64,000 nt of DNA, taken from assembly GCF_000328665.1 (NCBI RefSeq), contig NC_019977.1:124001-188000 (forward strand), read 5' to 3'. The notes under the pieces were generated by a model, which saw only the letters and a program-made list of their open reading frames with translations, did no database searches and was not told where the DNA came from. Within the stretch, counting starts at the first letter, position 1. The number at the start of each line of letters is the position of its first letter. Source of the DNA: Methanomethylovorans hollandica DSM 15978 (GTDB taxonomy: Archaea; Halobacteriota; Methanosarcinia; Methanosarcinales; Methanosarcinaceae). This document shows, one piece after another, positions 1-10,024 of the stretch. The translations under genes were made by a program, and so were the position numbers.

Positions 1-608
1 TTAGCGTCCGTTCTCCCGGAAAGGGTGGTATTTCCATTGATCTTCATTATCGGAAGGTTAAGTGTCTCACCGTTATAATGGAACTCAGGAGGTGAAACCA
101 TTGTAGTTCCTCCCCCAGGATACTTGGACCAGACACCTCCTCCCTCGTAGGCGATTGATCTATCTCCGGAATTGTACTGCACTTTTCCCATTGGTGTCAT
201 AAAACCTGTAAAATCAGGTTCATGTTGGTAGCTTTCCCATGCATTCCACACTCCACGGCGTTGATAGAAACTATCATGCCAGGAGGAGTTCTCAGACAAG
301 CTTATGATCATGATCCTGCTCTCTTTATAAGATCCAACATCTCCCAAAACCTTCAAATTGCCCCCCATCATGGAAAATTTCGTATTCTGCGTAGGTGATT
401 CTCCCAGAGCTGTCTTACTGGTCCTCGAGTCGAATACGGTAAATGCCTGTTCCATCTTCTGGGACTTTGCCATATCCTGCATATCGGTAATTGCAGGAGT
501 CATGTACAGGAGCATTATTCCTATGGACGCTAGAGTGATGGTAAGCAATATTGCAACATCAATAACCGATGAAACAGCTATTCCATCTTCTAACACATCA
601 TTTTTCAT
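1..608 (-). CDS. Archaeal pilin-like/secreted protein with class III-type signal peptide (3' end outside window; not in ORF track)
   Basis: Manual translation from ATG at 608: MKKDVLEDGIA-VSSVIDVAILLTITLASIGIMLL..., later IAYEGGGVWSKY; paralogous to the 626-1402 product (ISYENAGVWAKY); frame stays open to the window edge. Confidence 0.8.
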   Translation of the reverse strand, partial: MKNDVLEDGIAVSSVIDVAILLTITLASIGIMLLYMTPAITDMQDMAKSQKMEQAFTVFDSRTSKTALGESPTQNTKFSMMGGNLKVLGDVGSYKESRIMIISLSENSSWHDSFYQRRGVWNAWESYQHEPDFTGFMTPMGKVQYNSGDRSIAYEGGGVWSKYPGGGTTMVSPPEFHYNGETLNLPIMKINGNTTLSGRTDA

Positions 609-625
609 GTTCCCCTTCCTTTTCC

Positions 626-1402
626 TTAGTCAATTCTTACATCCATGGGTGAATCGATTATGAATAAATCTATATTTTCTTGATAATTCCTGTATGCATA
701 TACAGTGTTGTTGGAAGTATCAACTCTTGCTATCTGCATGTGCATGGTTTCGTGCAGGTACCTTTCCCATGCTTTGTAGAAGTCGCTGGTCAGTGTCAAG
801 TTAACCTGGGAAACATTCTCATAATTATGGATCGTTTTTTTTCCACCATCTGCAGTAACGCGCTCAATTCCTTTTCCGGATGCTGAAGTTGTCCCAAACA
901 GAGTTATAATGGGTATTATAAGCACATTGTTCTCAAAGATAAAACCTGGCTGGGACACCATTACAGCATTTTCTCCGTGGTATTTTGCCCAGACTCCAGC
1001 ATTTTCATAAGATATCAATGTACCACCTGATGAGTACTCTATTGTCCTCATTTGCTTCTCAAAATACCGTGGCTCGAAAGAAGGAGGTGTTGCTGAATAA
1101 TTCCATTCCTTAACAATTAATTCAATGCTGCTGTCTCCGGTTACAGATAGAGAACCCCCCTGCATCTTTAGTTCAACAGATTGAGAAGGAGCCATATCCA
1201 ATACAACCTTATTAATATTCAATGCAAGTATCTCAAAACCTTGCCTGATATTCTTGGTATGCTGTGTTTCCTGCATGTGCTCAAGAAGGGGAACAGCACC
1301 TACAATGACGATTGCCATTGCAAGAATTATGAGACTTAAAACAATGCCAAAATCCACCATTTCAGATACTGCATCATCGGATCTTCTAAAGCTTCCTTTC
1401 AT
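626..1402 (-). CDS. Archaeal pilin-like protein (class III signal peptide)
   Basis: RSDDA-VSEMVDFGIVLSLII prepilin-like N-terminus plus hydrophobic helix. Confidence 0.75.
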   Translation of the reverse strand: MKGSFRRSDDAVSEMVDFGIVLSLIILAMAIVIVGAVPLLEHMQETQHTKNIRQGFEILALNINKVVLDMAPSQSVELKMQGGSLSVTGDSSIELIVKEWNYSATPPSFEPRYFEKQMRTIEYSSGGTLISYENAGVWAKYHGENAVMVSQPGFIFENNVLIIPIITLFGTTSASGKGIERVTADGGKKTIHNYENVSQVNLTLTSDFYKAWERYLHETMHMQIARVDTSNNTVYAYRNYQENIDLFIIDSPMDVRID

Positions 1403-1420
1403 TTTCTAAGCCTTCCTTAC

Positions 1421-1894
1421 TCAATCTATGCGTATCATATTCGAATCTTGATCATAGTACAGCCTGAAATTATCTGAATTGCTATACACTATTCCAGAGG
1501 CAACATTGGTATTCAATGCAACATAGGGTACCTTAACTCTTGTCTCATGCCTGCCTTCGGATTCAAATATGATCTCCGATGTTTGGTTTGATATTTTTAC
1601 GGAATATTGTTTGTCTGCAATTTTATCAGGCATAATTAACTTATAATCGATGCTTCTAATTTTTCCTCCCGATGTTTGCATTATCTGGACCGCTGTATCC
1701 ATGTTTGCTATCTGTAATGCTATCTCATTTCCATGTATCTCAAATTCATCTCTCATGGCAGTTTCTCTTGCTCTGTCAAGCATTGTGAAAATAGAACCTA
1801 TCAGAACGCTCATGCAGATAACTGTTATAGTGAAGGTCAATATGAATCCGACAGACATCGATACTGCCCTTTCATCATGAATAAATCCCTGCAT
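1421..1894 (-). CDS. Archaeal pilin-like protein (class III signal peptide)
   Basis: HDERA-VSMSVGFILTFTI N-terminus. Confidence 0.75.
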   Translation of the reverse strand: MQGFIHDERAVSMSVGFILTFTITVICMSVLIGSIFTMLDRARETAMRDEFEIHGNEIALQIANMDTAVQIMQTSGGKIRSIDYKLIMPDKIADKQYSVKISNQTSEIIFESEGRHETRVKVPYVALNTNVASGIVYSNSDNFRLYYDQDSNMIRID

Positions 1895-2784
1895 TATATC
1901 TGATCCCCTGGTAGTATTATTGGAATTGTCGCATTCGTTTTCACATTTCCTCTTTTATTCATTACCAAGGTGCAGTTCATGACCTTAAGTCTCTCGATTT
2001 CGAAGGCTTCTCCCGAGATCAGATCTCCTGAAATAAGAAAAGTGCCAGCTGCATTGCACCCATTTATAAATTTAATCATGTATCTTTTTCCAGATGTCTG
2101 GCTGTTAAAATGGAAATCGAAAGAAGTGTTACCGATTTTGTCAGATGTAATGTTCAGTTCATCAGTTGAAATGATCTTTGAATCAATGATCTGTGTACTG
2201 TTTTCGACAGTAACCTTTATCTGGCCATCAGAGTTGAATAATTTTGCTGACCATAATGTATTATCGGATTGATCAATAGCTTTAACCGCAAATCCATCGG
2301 GTTCATTTCCCAGTTTTGAGGCGTTAAGCGACATAAGGAACGTATCAGTGCTGTTAACCCATCTGACAATGGTCCATTCATTATTTCCATCCTTCAGACC
2401 GTTATGACTGAAATATGGTTCCTCAAAAGCACCATTATGAATAGAAAATATTGTGCCTGTAGGTGCATAGCTCTTTACCATCATTGAAGAGTAATTTAAT
2501 ATATAAGCATCAAATGTGTCTTTATCAAAGTTTTGTCCTCCCCCTGCACCAGCATATGCTTTTTGGTATGCTTCCACAGTTGTCTTCAATATATTGGAAA
2601 AATCGAACACATTTGTTTCAATACCGGATTCAGATGCACTATTGCTTGCGAAGATGATATTGCTAAGCATGATACTAAGGACAAGAAAACTAATACATAT
2701 CACAAAAGAGGATATCAATATCATTTGGCCGGAATCATTGAACTTTTCCATACTGTTGCAAGCTATTTTCCTTACATGCGCCAT
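1894..2784 (-). CDS. Archaeal pilin-like/secreted protein
   Basis: NDSG-QMILISSFVICISF motif; start could be the ATG at 2751; stop overlaps next start. Confidence 0.7.
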   Translation of the reverse strand: MAHVRKIACNSMEKFNDSGQMILISSFVICISFLVLSIMLSNIIFASNSASESGIETNVFDFSNILKTTVEAYQKAYAGAGGGQNFDKDTFDAYILNYSSMMVKSYAPTGTIFSIHNGAFEEPYFSHNGLKDGNNEWTIVRWVNSTDTFLMSLNASKLGNEPDGFAVKAIDQSDNTLWSAKLFNSDGQIKVTVENSTQIIDSKIISTDELNITSDKIGNTSFDFHFNSQTSGKRYMIKFINGCNAAGTFLISGDLISGEAFEIERLKVMNCTLVMNKRGNVKTNATIPIILPGDQI

Positions 2785-3383
2785 AAAGTGAGCCTCACAT
2801 TCACAAGGTTATAGAAATCAGTAGTAGGGTCAGCATCCCAGAGGCCGGTGCTATATGCAAATGCTGTTGATCCTATATCCTGGTCCGATAACAAAACTCT
2901 TTTTGAGATTATAACAGCATTGTCAGAAGGGTCTCCGTTGTAGATGTAAGGCAGTGTGGTTATTGTACCATCATTGTTTGTCCATTCCATCTCCACGTTA
3001 TGAGCTATACCCCGAGGGATCACAATAAAATAAAGTATTTCAGCAATAGAACTATTTGTCAGTTCTTTATGTGCACTTGAAATGTATTTATCAGAGTTCC
3101 AATTGTAGTAAGCTCCATCCCAGTTCACGATGTCCTTTTTGAGCTCTGAGTTTTGCCCATATGGTGAGTAATCGAGAGATGTGAGTATATCCTGTCCTAT
3201 TATCTGCAATTGTGATTCAATATGGGTATTTGCAGTTGATGATGTAAGTGGGATAATTGAGGTTGCCTGAAAAGAAAAAATGATTACGCCTATAATTAAG
3301 ACAAGGGATATGAGTGCTTCCAGTGTATGCATCTGGCCAAATGCATCTTTATTAAGATCATAGTTACTGTTTTTTCTAACCAT
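2772..3383 (-). CDS. Archaeal pilin-like protein
   Basis: AFG-QMHTLEALISLVLII motif; start reassigned to ATG 3383 (MVRKN), just after upstream stop and GGTGAG. Confidence 0.75.
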   Translation of the reverse strand: MVRKNSNYDLNKDAFGQMHTLEALISLVLIIGVIIFSFQATSIIPLTSSTANTHIESQLQIIGQDILTSLDYSPYGQNSELKKDIVNWDGAYYNWNSDKYISSAHKELTNSSIAEILYFIVIPRGIAHNVEMEWTNNDGTITTLPYIYNGDPSDNAVIISKRVLLSDQDIGSTAFAYSTGLWDADPTTDFYNLVNVRLTLWRM

Positions 3384-3384
3384 C

Positions 3385-3852
3385 TCACCACACCCGTACG
3401 GAGAAAATAGCATTTTGTACATTTCCACTATTCTCATCTCGTAAAAGAACAACTCTTTTTGTCTGGCCAATGTTCTCTCTCATTGGTAACTCCTTTCCAG
3501 CCGAATATATCGTACCATCACTTTTTTGCATAGTGACATTAAGATCATAACGAAGGTATGTTCCATTTAATCCGAAATGATCTATTATGTATTCATAATC
3601 CGCATTGAATCCCGAAAAAAAATCCCTGGTCTTCGTATCATTCAGAATGTTAGAAGTTCCAGGTTCATATGCACCGAGGGTCTGTTCCACTATATTTATC
3701 GATATCCGGTCAGCAAGCAGGGTAACCTCATCTGAATTAGATTTGAATGGGGTGAAAAGTCCTGCAGCATACGAAAAGACAAAAATGATACTAACAAGGA
3801 ATATAGCAATACCTAATAGATAGTCCACATGCATTTGTCCATTATCATCCAT
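3385..3852 (-). CDS. Archaeal pilin-like protein, first gene of cluster
   Basis: MDDNG-QMHVDYLLGIAIF class III-like N-terminus. Confidence 0.75.
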   Translation of the reverse strand: MDDNGQMHVDYLLGIAIFLVSIIFVFSYAAGLFTPFKSNSDEVTLLADRISINIVEQTLGAYEPGTSNILNDTKTRDFFSGFNADYEYIIDHFGLNGTYLRYDLNVTMQKSDGTIYSAGKELPMRENIGQTKRVVLLRDENSGNVQNAIFSVRVW

Positions 3853-4091
3853 AATCCTCGCTATATAAATTTATTTAATTATATAAATATATGTCTATAT
3901 TTTATGCGTTTTAAAGCAAGGTTTCAAATTGGGGTTTCAAAAGTATGATTGGAATTCTATAAGCAATATATGAGCACCCAGCGAATTACATCCCAATATC
4001 GATAGGTTTTTATCTGAGTTGGCTTATCGTATATTCGATAATTGCTATATATAAAATAACGATTGTCATAAAAGCACGGAGAATATAAAAT

Positions 4092-4268
4092 ATGGTAGCA
4101 GTAATCACTGTAAATGAATGTGTAGGCTGTGGAACATGTGTTGATGAGTGCCCAGCAGAGGCCATCTCACTGAATGGAGAAAACATTGCAGTAGTCGATG
4201 CCGGTGAGTGCCTGGACTGCGGTGCATGTGTTGATGTGTGCCCAACCAGCGCTATATCAATGGAATAA
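4092..4268 (+). CDS. 2x[4Fe-4S] ferredoxin (58 aa, below ORF-track cutoff)
   Basis: Manual translation [58 protein letters not shown]; two CxxCxxCxxxCP motifs. Confidence 0.95.
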   Translation: MVAVITVNECVGCGTCVDECPAEAISLNGENIAVVDAGECLDCGACVDVCPTSAISME

Positions 4269-4327
4269 AGTATTGATCAATTTTTTACTATTTTTCAGAT
4301 CGTTTTCTTTTTCTTCGAGGTTACAAT

Positions 4328-5359
4328 ATGGCAGAGCCAATCAGAGCCGGAATATTAGGTGCTACAGGAGCTGTTGGACAGCGGTTCATACAAGCACTCG
4401 CCGATCACCCATGGTTTGAGATAACATCTCTTGCAGCTTCTGAAAGGAGTGCAGGGAAGAAATATAAAAATGCTGCCAACTGGAGATTGGATGAAAAACT
4501 TCCAGATGAAGTTGCAGATATGGAAATTGTATCTGTGGATCCCACCAAGGTGGATGCAGATGTTGTTTTCTCGGCATTGCCTTCAAGCCTTGCAAAAACC
4601 GTGGAAGCAGATTTTGCAAAAAAGGGTTTCGCTGTGGCAAGTAATGCCTCTGCATATCGTATGGAGAAAGATGTTCCCCTTGTGGTGCCGGAAGTCAATG
4701 CTGATCATCTTGGACTCATAGAAGTCCAGCAGGATAACAGAGGTTGGGATGGATATATCATTACTAATCCTAACTGTTCTACAATAATGCTGGTAGCTAC
4801 GCTAAAACCGCTCATGAAATTCGGCATCCAGAATGTGAACGTGGCTACAATGCAGGCTATATCCGGTGCAGGTTATGAGGGTGTGGCATCAATGGCCATT
4901 CTCGACAATGTGATACCCTATATAGGAAGCGAAGAAGAGAAAATGGAAACTGAGCCTCTCAAGCTCCTGGGTGAGTTTAACGGCTCAGAGATTATAGATG
5001 CTGATTTTAAATTAAGTGCTGCTTGCAACAGAGTACCTGTTATGGACGGGCACACTGAAACAGTGTGGATTACCATGCGGGATGATCCCACCCCTGAGCA
5101 GGTAAGACAGGCATTCCTCAATTTCAATCCTCATCTAGGGGACTTGCCCACCGAACCTGACCAGGTGCTCATAGTAAGGGATGAGCCTGACAGGCCACAG
5201 CCCCGTCTTGATCGCAATATGGGTAATGGAATGAGTATAAGCGTCGGACGTATCAGGGAAGGTATACGCTACGTTCTTATGGGACACAACACTATTAGAG
5301 GAGCGGCTGGTGCCAGTGTGCTCAATGCTGAGCTCCTGCACAAACAGGGTAAACTTTAA
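4328..5359 (+). CDS. asd: Aspartate-semialdehyde dehydrogenase
   Basis: GATGAVG nucleotide motif, NPNC catalytic Cys, [16 protein letters not shown]. Confidence 0.96.
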   Translation: MAEPIRAGILGATGAVGQRFIQALADHPWFEITSLAASERSAGKKYKNAANWRLDEKLPDEVADMEIVSVDPTKVDADVVFSALPSSLAKTVEADFAKKGFAVASNASAYRMEKDVPLVVPEVNADHLGLIEVQQDNRGWDGYIITNPNCSTIMLVATLKPLMKFGIQNVNVATMQAISGAGYEGVASMAILDNVIPYIGSEEEKMETEPLKLLGEFNGSEIIDADFKLSAACNRVPVMDGHTETVWITMRDDPTPEQVRQAFLNFNPHLGDLPTEPDQVLIVRDEPDRPQPRLDRNMGNGMSISVGRIREGIRYVLMGHNTIRGAAGASVLNAELLHKQGKL

Positions 5360-5380
5360 AAATAATAACTCAAGAGTACA

Positions 5381-6112
5381 ATGCTCCGCCTGATTATGTT
5401 CTTGCTGGCAGTTTCACTGTCAATTGGAATAATATCAGGCGGTATAACATCAGATGTGAGAAATACTATTTTTGAACTTGAGTTAGTATCACTATCGGAG
5501 ATCGTAAAAAATCCAGCTTCTTATGATAGCACAATGGCCTATCGCAAGATAAGCGTTGTTGGAAATGTTTCGGTGATGGATAAGCACCTCATAGCCATCT
5601 CTCAGGATGGTTATGAACTAAAAGTGGATCGCACAAATGACAAGCTGTTTTCTGGTTTCAATATGGGAGATGGTATCAAGATTACAGGTCAGTTCTTGTA
5701 TGATTCCATGGGAACCAGCATATTTTATCCCAAGTATGTTCTGCATTATCCCACTGTATACATGGCTGATGTAAATATAAGCGGTATTATTTCTGATCCA
5801 AGTTGTTTCAATGGAAAATATGTTACTGTAACTGGCAACATAACTGATATCAGATCAACGATGGGTGAGTATATTATAAATCTTGCAAGTCTGGATGATG
5901 GTCAGAACCTACGTGTATCTTACTTGGGATCCACTGAAGTTAAAGCCGGAGATATAGTAAGTGTAACTGGTCTTGTTAACGGTGCTACACTGTACAGTGA
6001 ACAAATGGGAAAGCACTCTCCTCTGTCCATAAGCACGTTCATACCCGGTTTTACATTTCTTTGGACTCTATTAATCATAGGATTACTGGTCATATATATC
6101 AAGTATGAATGA
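5381..6112 (+). CDS. Exported tandem OB-fold-like protein with PGF-CTERM-like anchor
   Basis: Signal peptide; two similar repeats (SEIVKNPASYD..KISVVGNV / SGIISDPSCFNGKYVTVTGNI); C-terminal IPGF + TM helix. Confidence 0.65.
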   Translation: MLRLIMFLLAVSLSIGIISGGITSDVRNTIFELELVSLSEIVKNPASYDSTMAYRKISVVGNVSVMDKHLIAISQDGYELKVDRTNDKLFSGFNMGDGIKITGQFLYDSMGTSIFYPKYVLHYPTVYMADVNISGIISDPSCFNGKYVTVTGNITDIRSTMGEYIINLASLDDGQNLRVSYLGSTEVKAGDIVSVTGLVNGATLYSEQMGKHSPLSISTFIPGFTFLWTLLIIGLLVIYIKYE

Positions 6113-6132
6113 CTTAAATTCCCAGGATTATC

Positions 6133-6834
6133 ATGTTAATTGCATTATCAGTTGGTGGATCCATTCTTGCAAAGGACTTGAGTCCTGAGAGCTTCCGTGC
6201 CTATGCCGAAGTGCTCAAAAGCTTGGCTAAAGAACATAAACTTGTAGTCGTTACTGGCGGCGGTGTTGCTGCTAGGGATTATATCAGGATTGCAAGGAGC
6301 TTGGGAGCTAATGAAACAGAATCTGATTACATTGGCATCTCAATAACCCGTTTGAATGCGCAGTTACTTATTACTGCATTGGGAGATGATGCATATCCGG
6401 AGCCTCCATGTGATTACAAGGAAGCCTGGAAAGCACTTTCCTCAGGCAAGATCGTTGTTATGGGAGGTGTAATCCCAGGACAGACCACCGATGCTGTGAC
6501 GGCTATTGTAGCTGAATATCTTCAAGCTGACCTTATTGTTATTGCGACATCCGTTGACGGCGTATATTCCGCTGATCCAAAGAAGGATCCTAATGCGGTC
6601 AAATATAAGACAATTACAGCTAAAGAACTTGTGAATATAGTGATCTCCACTGAGATGAAAGCCGGTTCCCAGTCGCCTGTAGATCCCCTGGCAGCCAAGA
6701 TCATAGAGCGCTCAAACATTAATACCATTGTTATGCATGGAGCAGACCCTGAGAAAGTAGCAGATGTAATTATGCAGGAAAGTATTGGCTCCACATCTAA
6801 AGAAGTTCATCTTGGCACAAGGATCGTAGGGTAA
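6133..6834 (+). CDS. pyrH: UMP kinase (archaeal)
   Basis: SVGGS, VVTGGG, PGQTTDAV, DGVYSADP. Confidence 0.93.
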   Translation: MLIALSVGGSILAKDLSPESFRAYAEVLKSLAKEHKLVVVTGGGVAARDYIRIARSLGANETESDYIGISITRLNAQLLITALGDDAYPEPPCDYKEAWKALSSGKIVVMGGVIPGQTTDAVTAIVAEYLQADLIVIATSVDGVYSADPKKDPNAVKYKTITAKELVNIVISTEMKAGSQSPVDPLAAKIIERSNINTIVMHGADPEKVADVIMQESIGSTSKEVHLGTRIVG

Positions 6835-6840
6835 ACTTCT

Positions 6841-7908
6841 GTGGTCAGCATGAGGCTCATACCATTTCTTACTGTTATCTTCTTTTTCGTCACTTTGATC
6901 GTTCCTGCTGCAGCCACTGAACAGGCTCGCATTACTGATATGTTTGCAAATGGTGATGTGTGCGAGGTCACTATTGGATTTTCAGATGATCTGCACAATG
7001 TGACCTTAAGATATGATCTGATGTTAAATGATCGATCAATCGATTCCAAAGTAGTTGAACTGGGTTATGTACCCACAGGAAATGTTACCAGAATTGTTTT
7101 TTGGGATAGTTATTTGGAGAAGAACCTCTACGTTTTTGAGGTAAGTGTGTTTGTAGATGGGAAGCTTGCTGACAGCAGGCAGACAGAATTCATTTATGGT
7201 AATCAGGCGTTGCTGGAATTCAAAGTAGCAGGTTTCAACTCTGACAATAAAAGGGCTGCAGTTGTTATCAGCCCTAATAACATCTACAGTCCTTCAATAG
7301 TTGATCTTACGTTTGAGATATTCGAAGAGAATGAATTGTTGTACTCTGCGACTTTCATGGATGTTCCTGTGATTCAAGCCATGGAAAAAAACATAAAATG
7401 GCCTGTTTTGCTTGACAATGGAAGAAAGTACGTTACTGTGCTGAAGGTCCGCTCCCATGGATCTGATATTACATCAGCCTACATTTCCATCTTTATGGCA
7501 GAGCAGGATGTAGAAATAATGGCAGATGACGTAGAACTGGATGAATATGGTGCAAGCATCACTCTTAAGGGTATGTCTCAGGTACCTTTCTACGGAAAAG
7601 TTGGTGTTACTCTTAGCAATAATGCCACAAATATCTATTTTGAGGAAGAAAGTGATGTGCTGACTTTAAATAAAGAGGACACAGTTGGTTTTCTCTGGGA
7701 AGATATTCCTCCAGGCAATTATACTGTTGAAATAAGGGTAATTAACAATGAAGGTAAGATTCTCGATAGCTACGAAACAGCTGTGAGGATACGGGAATTG
7801 CCCCCAGTCCCGCCGGAACAAACGAAGGGATTGCCAGGACCAGGTGTTATTGGGAATATTGCAGCTTTACTTGCTGTTTTCTTCCTATTGCGTATTAACA
7901 GGAGATAA
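6841..7908 (+). CDS. Exported beta-rich surface protein with C-terminal TM anchor (PGF-CTERM-like)
   Basis: Signal peptide; Pro-rich linker, LPGPG, hydrophobic helix, basic tail RINRR. Confidence 0.65.
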   Translation: MVSMRLIPFLTVIFFFVTLIVPAAATEQARITDMFANGDVCEVTIGFSDDLHNVTLRYDLMLNDRSIDSKVVELGYVPTGNVTRIVFWDSYLEKNLYVFEVSVFVDGKLADSRQTEFIYGNQALLEFKVAGFNSDNKRAAVVISPNNIYSPSIVDLTFEIFEENELLYSATFMDVPVIQAMEKNIKWPVLLDNGRKYVTVLKVRSHGSDITSAYISIFMAEQDVEIMADDVELDEYGASITLKGMSQVPFYGKVGVTLSNNATNIYFEEESDVLTLNKEDTVGFLWEDIPPGNYTVEIRVINNEGKILDSYETAVRIRELPPVPPEQTKGLPGPGVIGNIAALLAVFFLLRINRR

Positions 7909-7909
7909 G

Positions 7910-9025
7910 ATGCTTGATCTGATTGTCAAGAACGCTTCCCAACGTAAGGTAAGAACTTTGCTGACGATCTGTGGCATAGCTCTGGGAATATTCGCTCTGG
8001 TGGTTATGGGGGCCATGTCCGAGAATTTCGGCCAGACCTTTGAAAAGTCTATGAGCCTCACAAGTGACAAAATAAGGGTTTTTGCAGAGAGCGGTATTTT
8101 TGGTGGTGGTCTAAGCGAACGCAAAGTTTCCGATGTCAGGCGTGTGGCAGGAGTCGAGGATGCTTATGGGGTGCTGGTCACATTGTTCGATGAAGACCAG
8201 TTTGGGATGAGCGGCAAACAGGTATTGGGAGTCCCACCACGGAAGTCCGGAAATGTGCTGGAACCAGTGGAGCTAAAAGCAGGAAGATTCCTCAATGCCG
8301 GAGATACTTATCATGCAGTGGTAGGCAAGAACATTGCCGGAGAATACGATCTGGACATAGGCAGTACTCTGGAACTGAACGATAAAAGATTTATAGTGGT
8401 AGGCATAATTGAATACACTGGATCCATTTTTGACAGTTATGCTATCATTCCCCTTGATACAGCTCAAGACATATATAATGCTGAAATTTCCATAACATAC
8501 ATCTTTGCCCAGCCGGCACCAGGTGTAGATGCTGAACTTTTGTCCAAACGTATAGAGCTGAGCGTAAAAGGAGTTAACACAATATCTCCCAATGAATTGA
8601 AGGAACAGGCAGGGCAGTCATTGCTGATCTTCAGCGTGGTAACCATCAGCTCTGCTATCCTTGCAGCTATCATAGGGGGATTGAGTGTGATGAACACTAT
8701 GCTAATGTCAGTTACCGAAAGAACTCGAGAGTTTGGCATCCTGAAGGCAATGGGTGCAGAAACAAAAGATATACTGCTTCTTACTCTGGGAGAGGCTGCA
8801 CTGCTGGGCTTAATAGGAGGGGTGCTTGGCATCATTACCGGAGGTGCAGCAGCATATGCTTTGAATTCATGGCTTGCTGGTAAGGGTATAATCTTATTCA
8901 CAATAACTTTCAGGTTACTTGTTGTTGCCATGCTGTTCGCTATACTCATAGGTATGGCATCAGGGGCATATCCTGCTTACCGGGCAGCCAGCATGAGTCC
9001 CATGGAGGCTCTAAGGCATGGTTGA
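7910..9025 (+). CDS. ABC transporter permease, MacB/FtsX/LolE family
   Basis: RTLLTICGIALG and NTMLMSVTERTREFGILKAMGA signatures; start set to ATG 7910 after GGAG. Confidence 0.9.
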   Translation: MLDLIVKNASQRKVRTLLTICGIALGIFALVVMGAMSENFGQTFEKSMSLTSDKIRVFAESGIFGGGLSERKVSDVRRVAGVEDAYGVLVTLFDEDQFGMSGKQVLGVPPRKSGNVLEPVELKAGRFLNAGDTYHAVVGKNIAGEYDLDIGSTLELNDKRFIVVGIIEYTGSIFDSYAIIPLDTAQDIYNAEISITYIFAQPAPGVDAELLSKRIELSVKGVNTISPNELKEQAGQSLLIFSVVTISSAILAAIIGGLSVMNTMLMSVTERTREFGILKAMGAETKDILLLTLGEAALLGLIGGVLGIITGGAAAYALNSWLAGKGIILFTITFRLLVVAMLFAILIGMASGAYPAYRAASMSPMEALRHG

Positions 9026-9692
9026 ACAAGTACTCGAGGTAGAAAACCTTTGCAAGACATACATACAGGGGAAGATCCCGGTAACTGCGCTCCATGACGT
9101 CACTTTCACCGTCAGCCAGGGAGAACTTGTTGCTATAATGGGGCCAAGTGGCTCAGGGAAGTCTACTTTGATGGCTCTTGTGGGCTGTCTTGAAAAACCT
9201 ACTAGTGGTAAAGTGGTGATAAGGGGTATTGATGTCACTTCTGTGCTTGATAGCGAATTGCCAAGGATAAGGCGGGAAATGATAGGTTTTGTATTCCAGC
9301 ATTATAATCTGCTACCTGCATTATCAGCTCTTGGGAACGTTGAACTTGCTATGCGGTTCTCTGGAATTACTAAAAAAGAGAGGCTAAAACGGGCAGAAGA
9401 CCTGCTTCAGAGATTAGGGTTAGAAAAACGTCTGCATCATAGGCCGAATGAACTTTCCGGAGGGGAACAGCAAAGAGTGTCCATCGCAAGGGCTATTGCA
9501 AACGATCCCTCGATAATTCTCGCAGATGAACCTACGGGAGAGGTCGATAGCACCACAAGGGATAAAATTGTAAAGATATTCGAAGAATTAAGGGTACAGG
9601 GGCAAACGATAATAATTGTCACCCATGACCCAGAAGTTGCAAAGCACTGTGACAGAGTTATCCATATAATGGACGGCACTCTGTCACACTAG
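9018..9692 (+). CDS. ABC transporter ATP-binding protein, LolD/MacB type
   Basis: GPSGSGKST, LSGGEQQRV, ILADEPTG. Confidence 0.93.
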   Translation: MVEQVLEVENLCKTYIQGKIPVTALHDVTFTVSQGELVAIMGPSGSGKSTLMALVGCLEKPTSGKVVIRGIDVTSVLDSELPRIRREMIGFVFQHYNLLPALSALGNVELAMRFSGITKKERLKRAEDLLQRLGLEKRLHHRPNELSGGEQQRVSIARAIANDPSIILADEPTGEVDSTTRDKIVKIFEELRVQGQTIIIVTHDPEVAKHCDRVIHIMDGTLSH

Positions 9693-9706
9693 GAGAGACT
9701 AACTAA

Positions 9707-10024
9707 TCAGCAATATGCTACAAGATAAGCTGTGTTCTCAGTTTTCTTCTCAGTTTCTCTGTTAGTAGATGAACCCGACGTAGCTCTTGATTCTTTCAGA
9801 ACTCCCAGATCCATTTCCAATTGCTGGATATGCATCTTTGCTCTTTGTACCTTCTTGTTCTCAGCTTTAAGCTTTTCCAGCAGTTCTGCCTTCTTTTCTT
9901 CACTAATGTTTGAATCTGATATTTGCTTCTGGTACTGCTGGGATACTTGAGCATATTTCTTGAACATTTCGTGGAGAGTATCAAGGTTCTTTTCCAGATC
10001 CATTATAGTCTTGTCCATGCCCAT
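9707..10024 (-). CDS. Small coiled-coil hypothetical protein
   Basis: 105-aa heptad-rich ORF filling the intergenic space. Confidence 0.55.
   Translation of the reverse strand: MGMDKTIMDLEKNLDTLHEMFKKYAQVSQQYQKQISDSNISEEKKAELLEKLKAENKKVQRAKMHIQQLEMDLGVLKESRATSGSSTNRETEKKTENTAYLVAYC

Noticed and set aside
3920..3941. GGTTTCAAA direct repeat (also TCCAGTAACT twice at 12779-12802 and the AT palindrome at 54158-54173)
   Set aside because: Short two-copy or low-complexity motifs in AT-rich DNA; compatible with chance or plain TATA elements
4198..4419. 73-aa plus-strand ORF
   Set aside because: Out-of-frame overlap of the real ferredoxin and asd
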